Shown: in pieces, positions 10,201 to 19,411 of the stretch
How positions within the stretch are numbered: the first letter of the stretch is position 1
Layout of the letters: each line of letters starts with the position of its first letter
Origin: Sumerlaeia bacterium
Lineage (GTDB): Bacteria > Sumerlaeota > Sumerlaeia > SLMS01 > JAHLLQ01
Reading direction: 5' to 3'
NCBI GenBank assembly: GCA_040219255.1
Contig: JAVJSW010000049.1
Coordinates: forward strand, 128,001-192,000
Length of the DNA stretch: 64,000 nt
Notes under the pieces: model-generated
What the model was told of the DNA's origin: nothing
Seen by the model: only the letters and a program-made list of their open reading frames with translations
Databases searched by the model: none
Translations under genes and position numbers: made by a program

Positions 10201-11254
10201 CGCCAGCGACACCCTCGGCGCCGCCACCGACTTCGCCGCCATCTGGATGGCGAACGACACCTCGAACCTCTACGTCCGCGTCGATACCCACAACAGCCAC
10301 AACATGCCTGGCGCGTTCAACAACTTCTACTTCGACACGGACCTCGGCAATACGCCCGGCTTCAACCCGCACGGCCTCTCGAAGATCAGCTCGAAGCTGC
10401 TCCTCAACGGCGTCAGCCTCTTCAGCGAAGGCAACGGCGGCTACAACGACGGCTATATTTCCGGCACGACCTACGGCCCTACGGCGGGCACCAGCGCCAC
10501 CTCCTGGGAGTTCGCCATTCCGCTCAACATCGTCCACCCATCTGGCTCCGGCGCCCGTGCCAACCAGAACGTCTTCCCCGCTCTCGGCAGCACCATCCAG
10601 GCGCTCTTCACCAGTGACAATTCCGGCGCGGCCGAGTTCGCTCCCGACGCCGGCGCCCTCAGCTACATCCTCGCCGACCTGCCGATCACGCCTCAGGGCA
10701 CCTCGGCCACCATCACCGTCGATGGCAACGGCAGCGATTGGCCCACCGGCGCCCAGGTCTGGACCGACGCCAGCGGCGACAACAGCGGCGCCGCCAGCGA
10801 TGTCGCGGCGGTCTGGCTCGCCGACGACGCCGATTACATCTACCTACGCGTCGATACCCACAACAGCCACGACTTCGTCTCGGCCTCGAACAACATCTAC
10901 TTCGATGCAAACCTTAGCGCCGCCAGCGGCTTCAACCCCCACAGCCTGCTCTTCGGTTCCGAGATGCTGATGGTCAACACGGGCCTTTACAGCCAGAAGA
11001 ACGGCGGCTGGAACGAGGGCGGCGTCACATCGAGCAGCGGCAAGACGGTTTCCGTCTCTCCCGGCAGCGGCAGCGCCACCACCTGGGAATGGCGCATCCC
11101 CCGCGACCTCGTCCACCCCAGCGCCGGCGGAAACGTCTTCGCCCAGACCGACAAGTCCTTCTTCCTGCTCGTCACCAGCGACAATAGCGGTGCGGCGGAA
11201 CTCGCCCCCGACAACCCGTCCAGCGAGTGGATCTGGTACGTCCCAGTGAACTGA
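7277..11254 (+). CDS. Secreted multidomain GH114-like (endo-alpha-1,4-polygalactosaminidase-like) protein with FN3 and four 'ITxDG..W' beta-sandwich modules
   Basis: Signal peptide; YYIYYG, VLGYISLGED, CDGIFMDTIDT, ILLQNRG, VFFESY resemble the GH114/TM1410 TIM barrel; FN3 'VTVRW...YTVTGLDNGVTYRFCVRA'; internal repeats. Confidence 0.72.
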   Translation: MSPTHQSALATAGLLALAFTGASATAATPVERFTNQDTYYIYYGAWDSTRIDTVESNGYKIVVCEPRNLVRSQVEDIQDGADDISGNSDDIRVLGYISLGEDNRPSIYTTDGSGNTVFAPVSGGTGPRMDPRLNPTTGAAPSPMPSIESTINGDGSASLGLPSPGGTGYASFYLDQAPFDGYPDANGEFAGAFVNAGDPAWYTTVKNMVQSVDGNCGLDEIMTTTVGKGLGCDGIFMDTIDTCAPNNFSPLTQFEWTGPGYRQLIKTIREAYTDKILLQNRGTFFFRTDVEHYNFTVRPYVDMVFFESYYGDSNDFDTQSPYLNDNKWNVGKKMNAEADRDDGFTVLSLGYLEPRAVRDTITIDGTVTDWDAESRLQVNGTTPGTDPIQAVYASNDANYLYLRISTLAGTNLNSSNFNIYFDTDDEADYGDISTFDNTGVACGTAVQSGYVPTGATENADIWCPASGSVVTITDSRIRSELLYQWGGLYSQDTGVFNVNGSIGSATVAANGTQSEWEIRIPRSITHPSNHGRYPNESVFGADGSHVLMTMSFHDGSTTTWFPHEFHRGFEKNVGYRFEQASPGSVYDGDFEESQEIQGWLLYETDKFLSFAPNTRTTTWNSQNADTSAPVWGTTANGFIARGGSPTNSARTGIQEVVAGDGEVTVRWDLADDQTRPVRYKIYYAPDATAGSDMTVSPWVNTGLVSGTAPANYKYGSWTANNTNVYSNEYTVTGLDNGVTYRFCVRAVDSASTPHETTNTNTLTATPQVNGGSAWATITVDGSFSDWPAAAKIWEDPSGDNGTATSDVKAIWVANDADNIYMRVETHNSHDFPNQYNNIYFDTDLNGSDTAFNPHGIGAIFSELLLQGGSLYSQKNGNFNDGSLGTVGISPFAVNATSWEWSIPRNLQHPSGLGGGDVFSSTGFKVLVTSGSSSSDELAGAATYTFATPSTYATITADGTLGAGEWPASAKVYSDPASDTLGAATDFAAIWMANDTSNLYVRVDTHNSHNMPGAFNNFYFDTDLGNTPGFNPHGLSKISSKLLLNGVSLFSEGNGGYNDGYISGTTYGPTAGTSATSWEFAIPLNIVHPSGSGARANQNVFPALGSTIQALFTSDNSGAAEFAPDAGALSYILADLPITPQGTSATITVDGNGSDWPTGAQVWTDASGDNSGAASDVAAVWLADDADYIYLRVDTHNSHDFVSASNNIYFDANLSAASGFNPHSLLFGSEMLMVNTGLYSQKNGGWNEGGVTSSSGKTVSVSPGSGSATTWEWRIPRDLVHPSAGGNVFAQTDKSFFLLVTSDNSGAAELAPDNPSSEWIWYVPVN

Positions 11255-11332
11255 GCCAAACCTTGGAGGCCTGAGCGCACCCGCTTTCGCCTCCCCAAAC
11301 TATCCCGTCCGCGAGCGGGATAACAGGGGGTC

Positions 11333-11369
11333 GCCCCCGGCGTCTGACACAGGCGCCGGGGGCACTTTT
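11333..11369 (+). terminator. Intrinsic terminator
   Basis: GCCCCCGGCGTCTG-aca-CAGGCGCCGGGGGC then ACTTTT, about 80 nt after the stop at 11254. Confidence 0.65.
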
Positions 11370-11509
11370 CGTATCCGGCTCTATCCAATGGATCGCTTCC
11401 AGCTCTTTCCGGCCAGCCAGCACGGCTCCTCGGACCTCGGAATCCGTGGGCCTGCCGGGTCCGGTCCTAAGTCCCTTTAGGCTGATACGTCTGTTTTGTC
11501 TGTTAAGTT

Positions 11510-11580
11510 CGATAAGTGAATCTTGTCTATCTTGTTCCCGAAGCTCCACATGAGGGGACAAACCGATCGGCCTGTGAGAC
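11510..11580. repeat. 71-bp dispersed intergenic repeat, copy A
   Basis: 62/71 ungapped identity with 42148-42218. Confidence 0.85.
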
Positions 11581-11776
11581 CCTTCCGCCAATCCAGCTCA
11601 CCGCTCCTGAGCACACCCCGGAGGATCCCATGGCACACCCCATCTCCCATCCCGTCAAGCACCCCGTCGAATCGGCAAGGCACCGCATCCGCCAGCGCCC
11701 CCGGCACCGCATCCGCTCCTCGATCGGGCCCATGAATCCGGCGAGGGGGAACGCCCCCGCACCGCCCTTCGCGGCG

Positions 11777-12277
11777 TCACTTCGCCATGCCGGCCTTGAT
11801 GTACTCGACCAACTGATCGAGCACCGTACCCCAGCCCTGCTCGAAGCCCATGTCCGCGTGGGTTTTGCGGCCCGCCGGATCGCGGTGCATCGCGATGGCG
11901 GTGTACCGCGTGCCCGTGCCCTCCGGTGTGAGCGACAAGATCGCTGTGAAAGGCAGATCGACATCCGCCGCTGGCCGATAGCCGGGCCGCAAGGCGCTCG
12001 TCCACACCAGCTGGCGATTCGGCACGACCTCCAGGAAACACCCGCCCTCGTCGGGGAATTCCTGGCCCTCGGGCGAACGCATCACGGTGCGGAAAATCCC
12101 GCCGGGCCGCGGGTCCAGCTCGCACTCGGCCACCGACCACGGCTTGGGGCAAAACCAGTGCTTCAGGTGCTCCGGCGTGGTCCAGGCTTCATAGACCAGC
12201 TCCGGCGGCACATCGACGAAGCGGTCGAGCTTGAGGTCCAACTCGGGGTTGAACGGGGGAAAAATTTCCGAAGTCAT
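11777..12277 (-). CDS. SRPBCC/AHSA1-like domain protein
   Basis: 'RFVDVPPELVYEAWTTPEHLKHWF', 'LDPRPGG', 'GWGTVLDQL'; ATG 12277 coupled to ArsR stop. Confidence 0.9.
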   Translation of the reverse strand: MTSEIFPPFNPELDLKLDRFVDVPPELVYEAWTTPEHLKHWFCPKPWSVAECELDPRPGGIFRTVMRSPEGQEFPDEGGCFLEVVPNRQLVWTSALRPGYRPAADVDLPFTAILSLTPEGTGTRYTAIAMHRDPAGRKTHADMGFEQGWGTVLDQLVEYIKAGMAK

Positions 12278-12618
12278 GTTCTCTTCTCTTTCAGTTCCAG
12301 AAGGTACGCATCGAGTTGGTCGAGCCGCCGCTCCCACAAAGCCCGTTGCCCAGCCAGCCAGTCCTCGGCGGGACGGGCCCCGCCGGGCACAAGCTCGACC
12401 GTGCGGACGCGGCCCCGCTTCTTCGAACGCACCAGCCCGCACTTCTCCAGCACCGCGAGGTGCTGGACGAACGACGGCAGCGCCATATCGAAGGGCGCGG
12501 CCAGTTCGCTGACCGTTGCTGGGCTGCGGCCGAGCCGTTCCAGCACTTGCCGCCGCGTCGGATCCGCCAGGGCCCGAAAGACTTCATCCACGGATGGGGT
12601 TTCTGCGAGCACGTTCAA
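12274..12618 (-). CDS. ArsR/SmtB family transcriptional regulator
   Basis: 'VFRALADPTRRQVLERL...VSELA...SFVQHLAVLEKCGLVRSKKRGRVR...WERRLDQLD'. Confidence 0.9.
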   Translation of the reverse strand: MNVLAETPSVDEVFRALADPTRRQVLERLGRSPATVSELAAPFDMALPSFVQHLAVLEKCGLVRSKKRGRVRTVELVPGGARPAEDWLAGQRALWERRLDQLDAYLLELKEKRT

Positions 12619-12658
12619 CCTCTCGATTCCGAATGGAAATGGAGCTGAATCATGATTG

Positions 12659-12674
12659 TTAGGTCAATGCCTAA
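12659..12674. promoter_or_regulatory. Putative ArsR autoregulatory operator TTAGG-N6-CCTAA
   Basis: Perfect 5-bp dyad about 40 nt upstream of the ArsR start. Confidence 0.5.
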
Positions 12675-12693
12675 GTATTGGAACCGCCGCATG

Positions 12694-12720
12694 AAAAAAA
12701 CTCCCCTGTTGCCAGGGGAG
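12694..12720 (-). terminator. Intrinsic terminator of the 647-aa gene
   Basis: CTCCCCTG-loop-CAGGGGAG followed by T7 on the minus strand. Confidence 0.75.
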
Positions 12721-12756
12721 CCGCGAGCGGGAGCGCGCTGGACCGGGGAAGGAGCC

Positions 12757-14700
12757 TCAGCGCACCGAAATCACGATCGTGTCCAGATAGACGTCGTCGG
12801 CGTTGCCGCTGGCGTCACAGACGAAGCGGAATTGAATGCCGGGGCCGAAGGTGATGTCGGCAGGGCTCAAGAAGAGCGTCTCCTGATAGACTTGGCCGTT
12901 CTGGAAATCCTGCCCTTGGGCCCAGGTTTTCACCGTCGTCCAGCCCGACCCGTCGTTGACTTCGAGATAGAAGTCCTCACTCGGATTGTCCATCGAGACG
13001 GCCTTGAAAGCGAACTCGAACTTCATTTCCGAGTAGCCGCTGAAGTCGAACCCGTAGATGTCGATCGAGGAATCGAGGCCGCTGTTGTCCTGGATGTTGG
13101 CGGCGTTGTTGCCCTGGGGCGCATGCGTCCCGCCGGTGTAAAGCGAGGCGTCGGCGCCACCATCGTTCCATCCGACAAAGCCGCTCTCGAAATCGACGCT
13201 GCTGAGCACGGTCCAAGGGTCCGGCGTCGGCGTCGGGGTCGGTGTGGGAGTAGGCGTCGGAGTGGGTGTTGGTGTCGGGGTTGGCGTGGGTGTCGGGGTT
13301 GGCGTGGGGGTTGGGGTTGGGTTGGAGCCATCGACCACCGGCACCACCGGGGCGATCACGTTGATGCCGCCATAGTTGGCGTTCCACACGTCGGTCCCTG
13401 TGGCGGCATGCCGGCTGGCGAAGCGCACCGAGTACTCCGGCGTGTAGTAAAGATCGATGTCGTCGTCCGGAATCCAGACGCCGAAGCCGATCTGGGCGCC
13501 GGGGCTGTACCACGTCGGGATCGGCACGGTATAGCTGACCGTGTTGGACGAACCAGGCGTCCAACTGCGCGGGTCGGCGCCGGTCCAGTAGTACACCAGT
13601 TCGCCGCCGCCCGCCTCGAAGACTTTGATGTAAACGGGCCGGTTGCTGTAAATCGGCGCGTAACCCGTGTTGGCGACAGTGAAGGAAACGGTGACGTCGG
13701 TGCCGGGGACGACTTCGGCGGGCACGTCGGCGCTGGTCAGTTCAAAGCGGTAGCCGAGCTTCGCGCGGATCGTGTCGCCGCAATTCGCCTGCTCGTCCCA
13801 GTACTGGAAAATCGTTTTCCAGCCATTGTTCGCATCGGCCCACCAGTCGGTGTTGATGAAGCTCCACTGCTGGTTGGCCATTTCGCCCTGCACGGCGGCG
13901 CACTGAGTGATGACGTCGGAGCAGGTCTCGCCGCCCATGGGCGCGGTGGTGGCCTGGGACGCGATGTAGGCCTTCCATTGCGATTCGCTCAGGCAGCCGG
14001 AAACCCACGGATAGCAGGTGTAGCCTTCCAGGCCGGCGTCGCCGCTCATGAAACAATCGTTGTACACGCCGACGCGCGCCACGCGGTTCGCCGCGCCGCC
14101 CGCTGCCGCGTACTCCTCCAGATAATACGCCGTGCGAACCATCACGTAGGCGTTCGAAGGAATCACGTCGAACATCTTGTCGAGGAGCGCCTTGCGGTCC
14201 GCCGTCGAAGTGTAGGGCGTGAAGTACCACTCGCCATAGGCGCCGAAGCTGCCGGCCTGATAGGCCACGATGACCTCGTCGTAATCGGTGTAGATCGGCG
14301 CCATCGCGTCCAGATGCGCCAGCATCGTGGAAAGACCCGGTTCGTTCGGCGAACTGAAGCTGCCGTCCTCGTGGTAAACGATGCGGACGAGCGCTTTGAG
14401 ACCGTTGGTTTTGCAGCGCTCGAGCCAGGTGCGGATTTCCTGCTCTTTGGCGCCGCCCGGCGAAAGATTCGACGACGGCGTGAGACGGATCAGCCCCCAG
14501 GCAATGGTCGAACCCCCGGCGCGCAGCGTGTCGAGGGTGCCGAGGCTGGCCGAATCCACGGTCATCAGCTTCATGGTGCCACGTTCGGGATTCAAAACGT
14601 TTCCCGGGTTTTCATTGAACGAGACGGTGGCGGCGCCGAGGGGCAGCGCCAGGGCGGCCGTCAGCACCGCGGTGGGGGCAAGTTTCGTGAGTGAGAGCAT
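12757..14700 (-). CDS. Secreted DUF4874/DUF4832-type putative glycoside hydrolase with Pro-Thr linker and C-terminal jelly-roll module
   Basis: Signal peptide; NPERG, GLKALVRIVY, QAGSFGAYGEW, NDCF, MGGETC, LGYRF, NTGYAP; (PT)n linker then a beta-rich domain. Confidence 0.72.
   Translation of the reverse strand: MLSLTKLAPTAVLTAALALPLGAATVSFNENPGNVLNPERGTMKLMTVDSASLGTLDTLRAGGSTIAWGLIRLTPSSNLSPGGAKEQEIRTWLERCKTNGLKALVRIVYHEDGSFSSPNEPGLSTMLAHLDAMAPIYTDYDEVIVAYQAGSFGAYGEWYFTPYTSTADRKALLDKMFDVIPSNAYVMVRTAYYLEEYAAAGGAANRVARVGVYNDCFMSGDAGLEGYTCYPWVSGCLSESQWKAYIASQATTAPMGGETCSDVITQCAAVQGEMANQQWSFINTDWWADANNGWKTIFQYWDEQANCGDTIRAKLGYRFELTSADVPAEVVPGTDVTVSFTVANTGYAPIYSNRPVYIKVFEAGGGELVYYWTGADPRSWTPGSSNTVSYTVPIPTWYSPGAQIGFGVWIPDDDIDLYYTPEYSVRFASRHAATGTDVWNANYGGINVIAPVVPVVDGSNPTPTPTPTPTPTPTPTPTPTPTPTPTPTPTPTPDPWTVLSSVDFESGFVGWNDGGADASLYTGGTHAPQGNNAANIQDNSGLDSSIDIYGFDFSGYSEMKFEFAFKAVSMDNPSEDFYLEVNDGSGWTTVKTWAQGQDFQNGQVYQETLFLSPADITFGPGIQFRFVCDASGNADDVYLDTIVISVR
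13219..13325 (-). repeat. (Pro-Thr)n coding linker repeat
   Basis: About 16 tandem PT dipeptides with synonymous codon variation. Confidence 0.9.
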
Positions 14701-15030
14701 AAGCGGGTCCTTAGTCGGGTTTGGCGAAGACATGCGATGACGTTTATCAAAAGCGTTTTATTATCTGACCGTCAAGAGCTGTCACTGGAGAATCATTCTC
14801 TCAGAGACTTGAGAAATAGGCTCGCAATCCGGGACTTCCCCCAGCCCATGCGGGCTGCAACCATTTGTGTCTATGATTTTTAATCTCTCTTTAAAATCTG
14901 GTTGACGAAGAGCGGGGCAGCACCCTACCTTCCCCCCAAGCTTGCCAGTTTCAGACAGGCCGCAAGCCAGCGGACCACCAGCTTCCCCAAGCGAAAATCC
15001 GCCGATTTTCTTCCCAGGAGCCTTCCTCGC

Positions 15031-15660
15031 ATGAAGCTCAAACTCTATTCTCTCTTACTCCTCTTCGCCGCTCTGGTCTCCGTCTCCAGCGCCCAGACCT
15101 ACGTCTCCGTCACCGTCGACGGCGACGCCTCCGAGTGGGCCGGCGTCCCCCTCTACGAATCCGACCCCACCACCGACAGCACCAGCACCGCCGACATCTC
15201 CGCCGTCTATCTGGCGAACGACGACAATTACCTTTACGCTCTCGTGGAAATGACCACCGACACGGTCGCTCTTGGCGCCGACGGCGGCTTCTACACCTTC
15301 ATCGACGGCAATGGAAACGCGTCGGAGGGCTTCGGCCCCAACGGCGGCAGCGAGTTCTCCGAGTTCGCCAGCCAGGAAAGCTTCTTCTTCTTCCAGAGTT
15401 CCGGCGTCTTCAACACCGGCGGCTCGCCCACCGGCGTGGACTTTCTGATCGCTCCGGCGGCGGCGACCCCCGCCCAGTTCTACGAAATGCGCTTCTCGCG
15501 CGCGTCCGACGGTTTCACCGGCAGCCCGGCGACCACCGCCTTCATGGTTTCCCCCCGCGACGGCGCGTTCGCCGCCACCGATCTGGCGCCGAACGACGCG
15601 CCGACGACCTACACCTTCGCGATTTCCTCCTCCGTCTCCGATTGGCGGATGATCGATTGA
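15031..15660 (+). CDS. Small secreted single-module 'VTVDG..EW' protein with C-terminal Trp tail
   Basis: AGGAG RBS; signal peptide MKLKLYSLLLLFAALVSVSSA-Q; VTVDGDASEW, AVYLANDDNYLY; ends SSSVSDWRMID. Confidence 0.8.
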   Translation: MKLKLYSLLLLFAALVSVSSAQTYVSVTVDGDASEWAGVPLYESDPTTDSTSTADISAVYLANDDNYLYALVEMTTDTVALGADGGFYTFIDGNGNASEGFGPNGGSEFSEFASQESFFFFQSSGVFNTGGSPTGVDFLIAPAAATPAQFYEMRFSRASDGFTGSPATTAFMVSPRDGAFAATDLAPNDAPTTYTFAISSSVSDWRMID

Positions 15661-15810
15661 CCGCTTCTTCCGGTCGAAAGGCGTTGATTGTTTGAGCCAT
15701 TGCAGGGGCCGAAGAAGGGCCAGCCGGAACCGGCTGGCCCTTCTTCGCGAGAACGCTCCCGCCATCCCTTCCATACCGCCGAATTCTTTCCTGGAGACAC
15801 CCTATCCCTC

Positions 15811-17997
15811 ATGAAACGCCCCTGCCTTCCATCCCTCGCCTCGTCCGCGTTCGCGCTGACCGCGGCCGCCTCCGCGCTGGCGCAGGCCCCCATCGGCCGC
15901 CTCGCCGATTTCGAATCCAGCGACAGTTACCACATTTACTACGGCTCCTGGGACGCCACGCGCATCGCCGACGCCCGCGATAACTTCCGCCTCGTGGTGC
16001 TCGAACCGTCCTCGAACATCACCGCCGCCGACGTGGCCAATATCCAGCGCGGCCCCGACCTGACCGCCGGCACGGCGGACGATGTCCTCGTCCTGGGGTA
16101 CATTTCCCTGGGCGAAGACAACCGGCCGGAAATCTTCGATGGCATGAACGACATCCTGACCATCCCCGGCGGCGAAGGCCCTCGGGTCGATCCGCGCGAT
16201 TTCCCCGCCACGGAAACCCTGGCCAGCACCGTCAGCGCCGGCATCCCGACGCTCGGCGACCCATCCCCCGGCGGCACCGGCTATGCGCGGTTCTATGTGG
16301 ACGACGATCCGGTGGACGGCATTCCGGACCGGAACTCGGAATTCGGCGGGGCCTATGTCAACGCGGGCGATCCCCAGTGGTACGCCACCGTCAAGTCCAT
16401 GACGGCCCTGAGCGGCAGCAACGCCGGGCTCGACGAAATCATGGGGACTTCGGTGGGCAAAGCCCTCGGCTGCGACGGCATCTTCATCGATACCCTGGAG
16501 ACGCCCGCGCCCAACAGCTTCGGCGGCACCATGTACGAGTGGACCGCCCCCGGCGCCCAATACCTGCTCAAGGAAATCCGCACCGATTTCCCCGATAAGG
16601 TTCTGCTGCTCAATCGCGGACTGTTCTTTTTCTCGCCCAATTTCGAGCACTACCAGTTCTCGCTGGCGCCCTATGTTCAGGCGGTCATGTTCGAAAGCTA
16701 TTACACCACCAACAGCGACGCGAGTGTCACCAACCCGACCTTCAACGACAACAAGTACAACTTCGCGCCGAAGATCAACGCGGAGGCCAACCGCGAGAAT
16801 GGCTTCACGGTGATCGCGCTGGGCTATGACGAGCCTTCGACCATCACCCAACCCACGAAGGACCAGGACTTTATCGAGTCCACGGAACTTCAGGGGTGGC
16901 CGCTCTACCGCACGAACCGCAGCCTGGACGATGCCATGCGCTTCACGTCGCAGGCCTGGAACACGGCGAACCCGGACAGCGACCCGCCGGTGTGGGACAC
17001 GACGGCGCCGCTGTTCGTCGGCGAGTTGGACCCGGCCCCCACGCCCCGCGAAGGCGTGCAGGAATTGGTCGCGGGCGACGCGGAAATCACCGTCCGTTGG
17101 GATGTCGCCCGCGATCAGTCCCAGCCCGTCCTCTACAACCTTTACTACGCCGAGGACTCGGTCGTGACGGCCATCGGCGATGCGGGCTGGACCCAGGTGA
17201 TGCGCGTGGCCGGCGAAGCCCCCGCGAACTACGTGGAGGAGGGCTCGGGCGCGGGGCGCTATGCCAACGAATACACCCTGACCGGCCTGGTCAACGGGGT
17301 GACGTACCAGGTGGCGGTGCGCGCGGAAGACAGCGCCCCCACCCCGCACGAGGAAACGAACACCGTGGTCTTGACCGCGATGCCCTTCTCGCCCGCGGAC
17401 CTGTACCGCACCATCACCATCGATGGCGACATGAGCGACTGGCTCGGCGTTCCGGCCTATGTCAACGATCCCAACAACGACGGCGGCACGCCGGAAGGCA
17501 CCGCGCTCTACCTGGCGAACGACGACGATTACCTCTATGTGCGCGTCACCATCGAAGCCGGAGCGGCCATCCAGGCCCCCGGCGGCTACAACGTCTTCGT
17601 GGACACGGATGGCGATTCGGGCACCGGCTTCACGGCCTTTGGCAGCCCGAACTTCGGATCGGAATTGTTGCTACAGAACGGCGGGTTCTACCAGCAGCGG
17701 GGCGGAGGGTTCAACGAGGGCGGTATCAGCAACGCCGATTTCGCCATCGCTCCGGCCCCGGCGACCCAGGCCACGGACTACGAGTTCCGCATCAGCCGCT
17801 CGGCCACCTACGACAGCGACAGCGCGAACGTCTTTCCCGCCATGGCGAGCCTGCGCCTCGTGATGGACCTGTTCGACGGTGGCTTCGCCAGCGTCGATAC
17901 GCTGCCGAACTTGCCATCGGTCAATGCGCCCCTGTACAATTTTGCCACGGCCACTTCGGACCTCGGCCATTCGGAATGGATGACGCTGGATCGATGA
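15811..17997 (+). CDS. Second GH114-like secreted protein (paralogue of 7277..11254) with FN3 and one 'ITIDG' module
   Basis: Near-identical blocks VLGYISLGEDNRP, SPGGTGYA, GAYVNAGDP, GCDGIFIDT, FESYY; ends SEWMTLDR. Confidence 0.75.
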   Translation: MKRPCLPSLASSAFALTAAASALAQAPIGRLADFESSDSYHIYYGSWDATRIADARDNFRLVVLEPSSNITAADVANIQRGPDLTAGTADDVLVLGYISLGEDNRPEIFDGMNDILTIPGGEGPRVDPRDFPATETLASTVSAGIPTLGDPSPGGTGYARFYVDDDPVDGIPDRNSEFGGAYVNAGDPQWYATVKSMTALSGSNAGLDEIMGTSVGKALGCDGIFIDTLETPAPNSFGGTMYEWTAPGAQYLLKEIRTDFPDKVLLLNRGLFFFSPNFEHYQFSLAPYVQAVMFESYYTTNSDASVTNPTFNDNKYNFAPKINAEANRENGFTVIALGYDEPSTITQPTKDQDFIESTELQGWPLYRTNRSLDDAMRFTSQAWNTANPDSDPPVWDTTAPLFVGELDPAPTPREGVQELVAGDAEITVRWDVARDQSQPVLYNLYYAEDSVVTAIGDAGWTQVMRVAGEAPANYVEEGSGAGRYANEYTLTGLVNGVTYQVAVRAEDSAPTPHEETNTVVLTAMPFSPADLYRTITIDGDMSDWLGVPAYVNDPNNDGGTPEGTALYLANDDDYLYVRVTIEAGAAIQAPGGYNVFVDTDGDSGTGFTAFGSPNFGSELLLQNGGFYQQRGGGFNEGGISNADFAIAPAPATQATDYEFRISRSATYDSDSANVFPAMASLRLVMDLFDGGFASVDTLPNLPSVNAPLYNFATATSDLGHSEWMTLDR

Positions 17998-19379
17998 TTT
18001 CCTACAAGGACCTTCGCAGGCCCATGATCGACGGATTGCTTCCTTTTCTGACTGCCACTTGGATCGTGTTCGCCGCCCCGGCGGATACACCCGAACTCGC
18101 CTGGCACCCCATCGCCGCCGATCCGGCCGCCGCCCCCGCGGACAATCCGTTGAAGGGCTTCATGCCTTACATCGGCGAGTACGACCTGCCCCACAGCCTG
18201 GAATACAGCTACGTAGGTCTCGCCGAGGCCATGATCGCCCCGGGCAACTACGCCTTCGAGACCGCCATCGATCCACTGCTGGAGGACGCGGCGTCGCGCG
18301 GGCACCAGATGGTGTTGCGGGTCTTCATCGACTATCCGGACGAGACCCTGTCGCTGCCGCAATTCTTCATCGACGAAGGCATCACCCTGACGCCCTACAG
18401 CGACCACGGCGGCGGCATGAGCCCGGACTACGACTTTCCGGCCCTTGTCGAAGCCCTCGAGGATTTCATCGCGGCCCTCGGCGCCCGCTACGATGGCGAT
18501 CCCCGGCTTGGCTACTTCCAGGTCGGCCTGCTGGGCCACTGGGGCGAGTGGCACACCTATCCGAACTACAGTCTGTTTCCTTCCCTGGCGACGCAAAACC
18601 GCATCCTCGCCGCCTTCGACGCGGCGTTCGACGAAACCCATATCCTCGTTTCGCAGGACAGCATGGGCCAGGACCCGGTGGCAAACCTCGCCGCCACGGC
18701 CGTGGGCTTTCACGACGACGCGTTCACCGAAGGCACCCTCGGTCCCGACGACTGGATGTTCGTGCCAAGGCTCAACGCCTTTGGGTTCGATGAACGCTGG
18801 AAAACCATCCCCATGGGCGGCGAAGTCCTTCCCGATTTGCAGGACGACATCCTGGCCGATCCGCCGACCGCTCCCCAGGATTACCTCGCCTGCGTCGGCG
18901 CGACCCACGCGACCTGGCTGCTGAACCAATACCCCTTCGACCTCTCCCCCGGCGACGCCGCCCGCCGCGAGCGCGCCATCGCGCTGTCGCGGGCGCTGGG
19001 CTATGAACTGACCGTGACGGAGGCCGCCGCTCAGTTGACGACCGGCGCCCTGACCATCGGCGTCCGGATCGAAAACACAGGCGTCGCGCCCTTCCCTTAC
19101 GATTGGACGGTGACGGTGCGGTTGCTGGACAGCGGGGGCGAAGTTCTGGAAACCATCGAAACGCCTTGGCGCCTGACGGAGGTCATCCCAGGCGAACCGC
19201 CTCGCGAGTGGATCGTGGAGGCACCTATCGAGCCGCAGCTCGCCGCCTGCCTGACCGAAGCGCGTCTCTGGATCGAAAACCCCCTGAGCGGTGGTTTGCC
19301 TGTGCGCTTTGCCAATGAAGGCCAAAACGGATTCGGACTCTCGATCGCCCAATTCCCCCATTCTTGCCCGGCCCGTTGA
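17994..19379 (+). CDS. DUF4832-type putative glycoside hydrolase
   Basis: ATGA-coupled to upstream gene (alternative start 18024); DNPLKG, VLRVFIDYP, YDGDPR, QVGLLGHWGEWH, PMGGEV, LGYEL, NTGVAPF. Confidence 0.72.
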   Translation: MISYKDLRRPMIDGLLPFLTATWIVFAAPADTPELAWHPIAADPAAAPADNPLKGFMPYIGEYDLPHSLEYSYVGLAEAMIAPGNYAFETAIDPLLEDAASRGHQMVLRVFIDYPDETLSLPQFFIDEGITLTPYSDHGGGMSPDYDFPALVEALEDFIAALGARYDGDPRLGYFQVGLLGHWGEWHTYPNYSLFPSLATQNRILAAFDAAFDETHILVSQDSMGQDPVANLAATAVGFHDDAFTEGTLGPDDWMFVPRLNAFGFDERWKTIPMGGEVLPDLQDDILADPPTAPQDYLACVGATHATWLLNQYPFDLSPGDAARRERAIALSRALGYELTVTEAAAQLTTGALTIGVRIENTGVAPFPYDWTVTVRLLDSGGEVLETIETPWRLTEVIPGEPPREWIVEAPIEPQLAACLTEARLWIENPLSGGLPVRFANEGQNGFGLSIAQFPHSCPAR

Positions 19380-19411
19380 ACGGTTCGCCATCGATCGAAA
19401 AGGACGTTCTC

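Noticed and set aside
13219-13325. Short tandem repeats (also 48700-48920) as possible CRISPR or VNTR
   Set aside because: In-frame coding low-complexity repeats with no unique spacers and no cas genes.
16896-17993. N-terminal extension of the 827-aa ORF
   Set aside because: Overlaps the GH114-like gene in another frame and reads as Arg/Gly-rich noise; the real start is 17994 or 18024.
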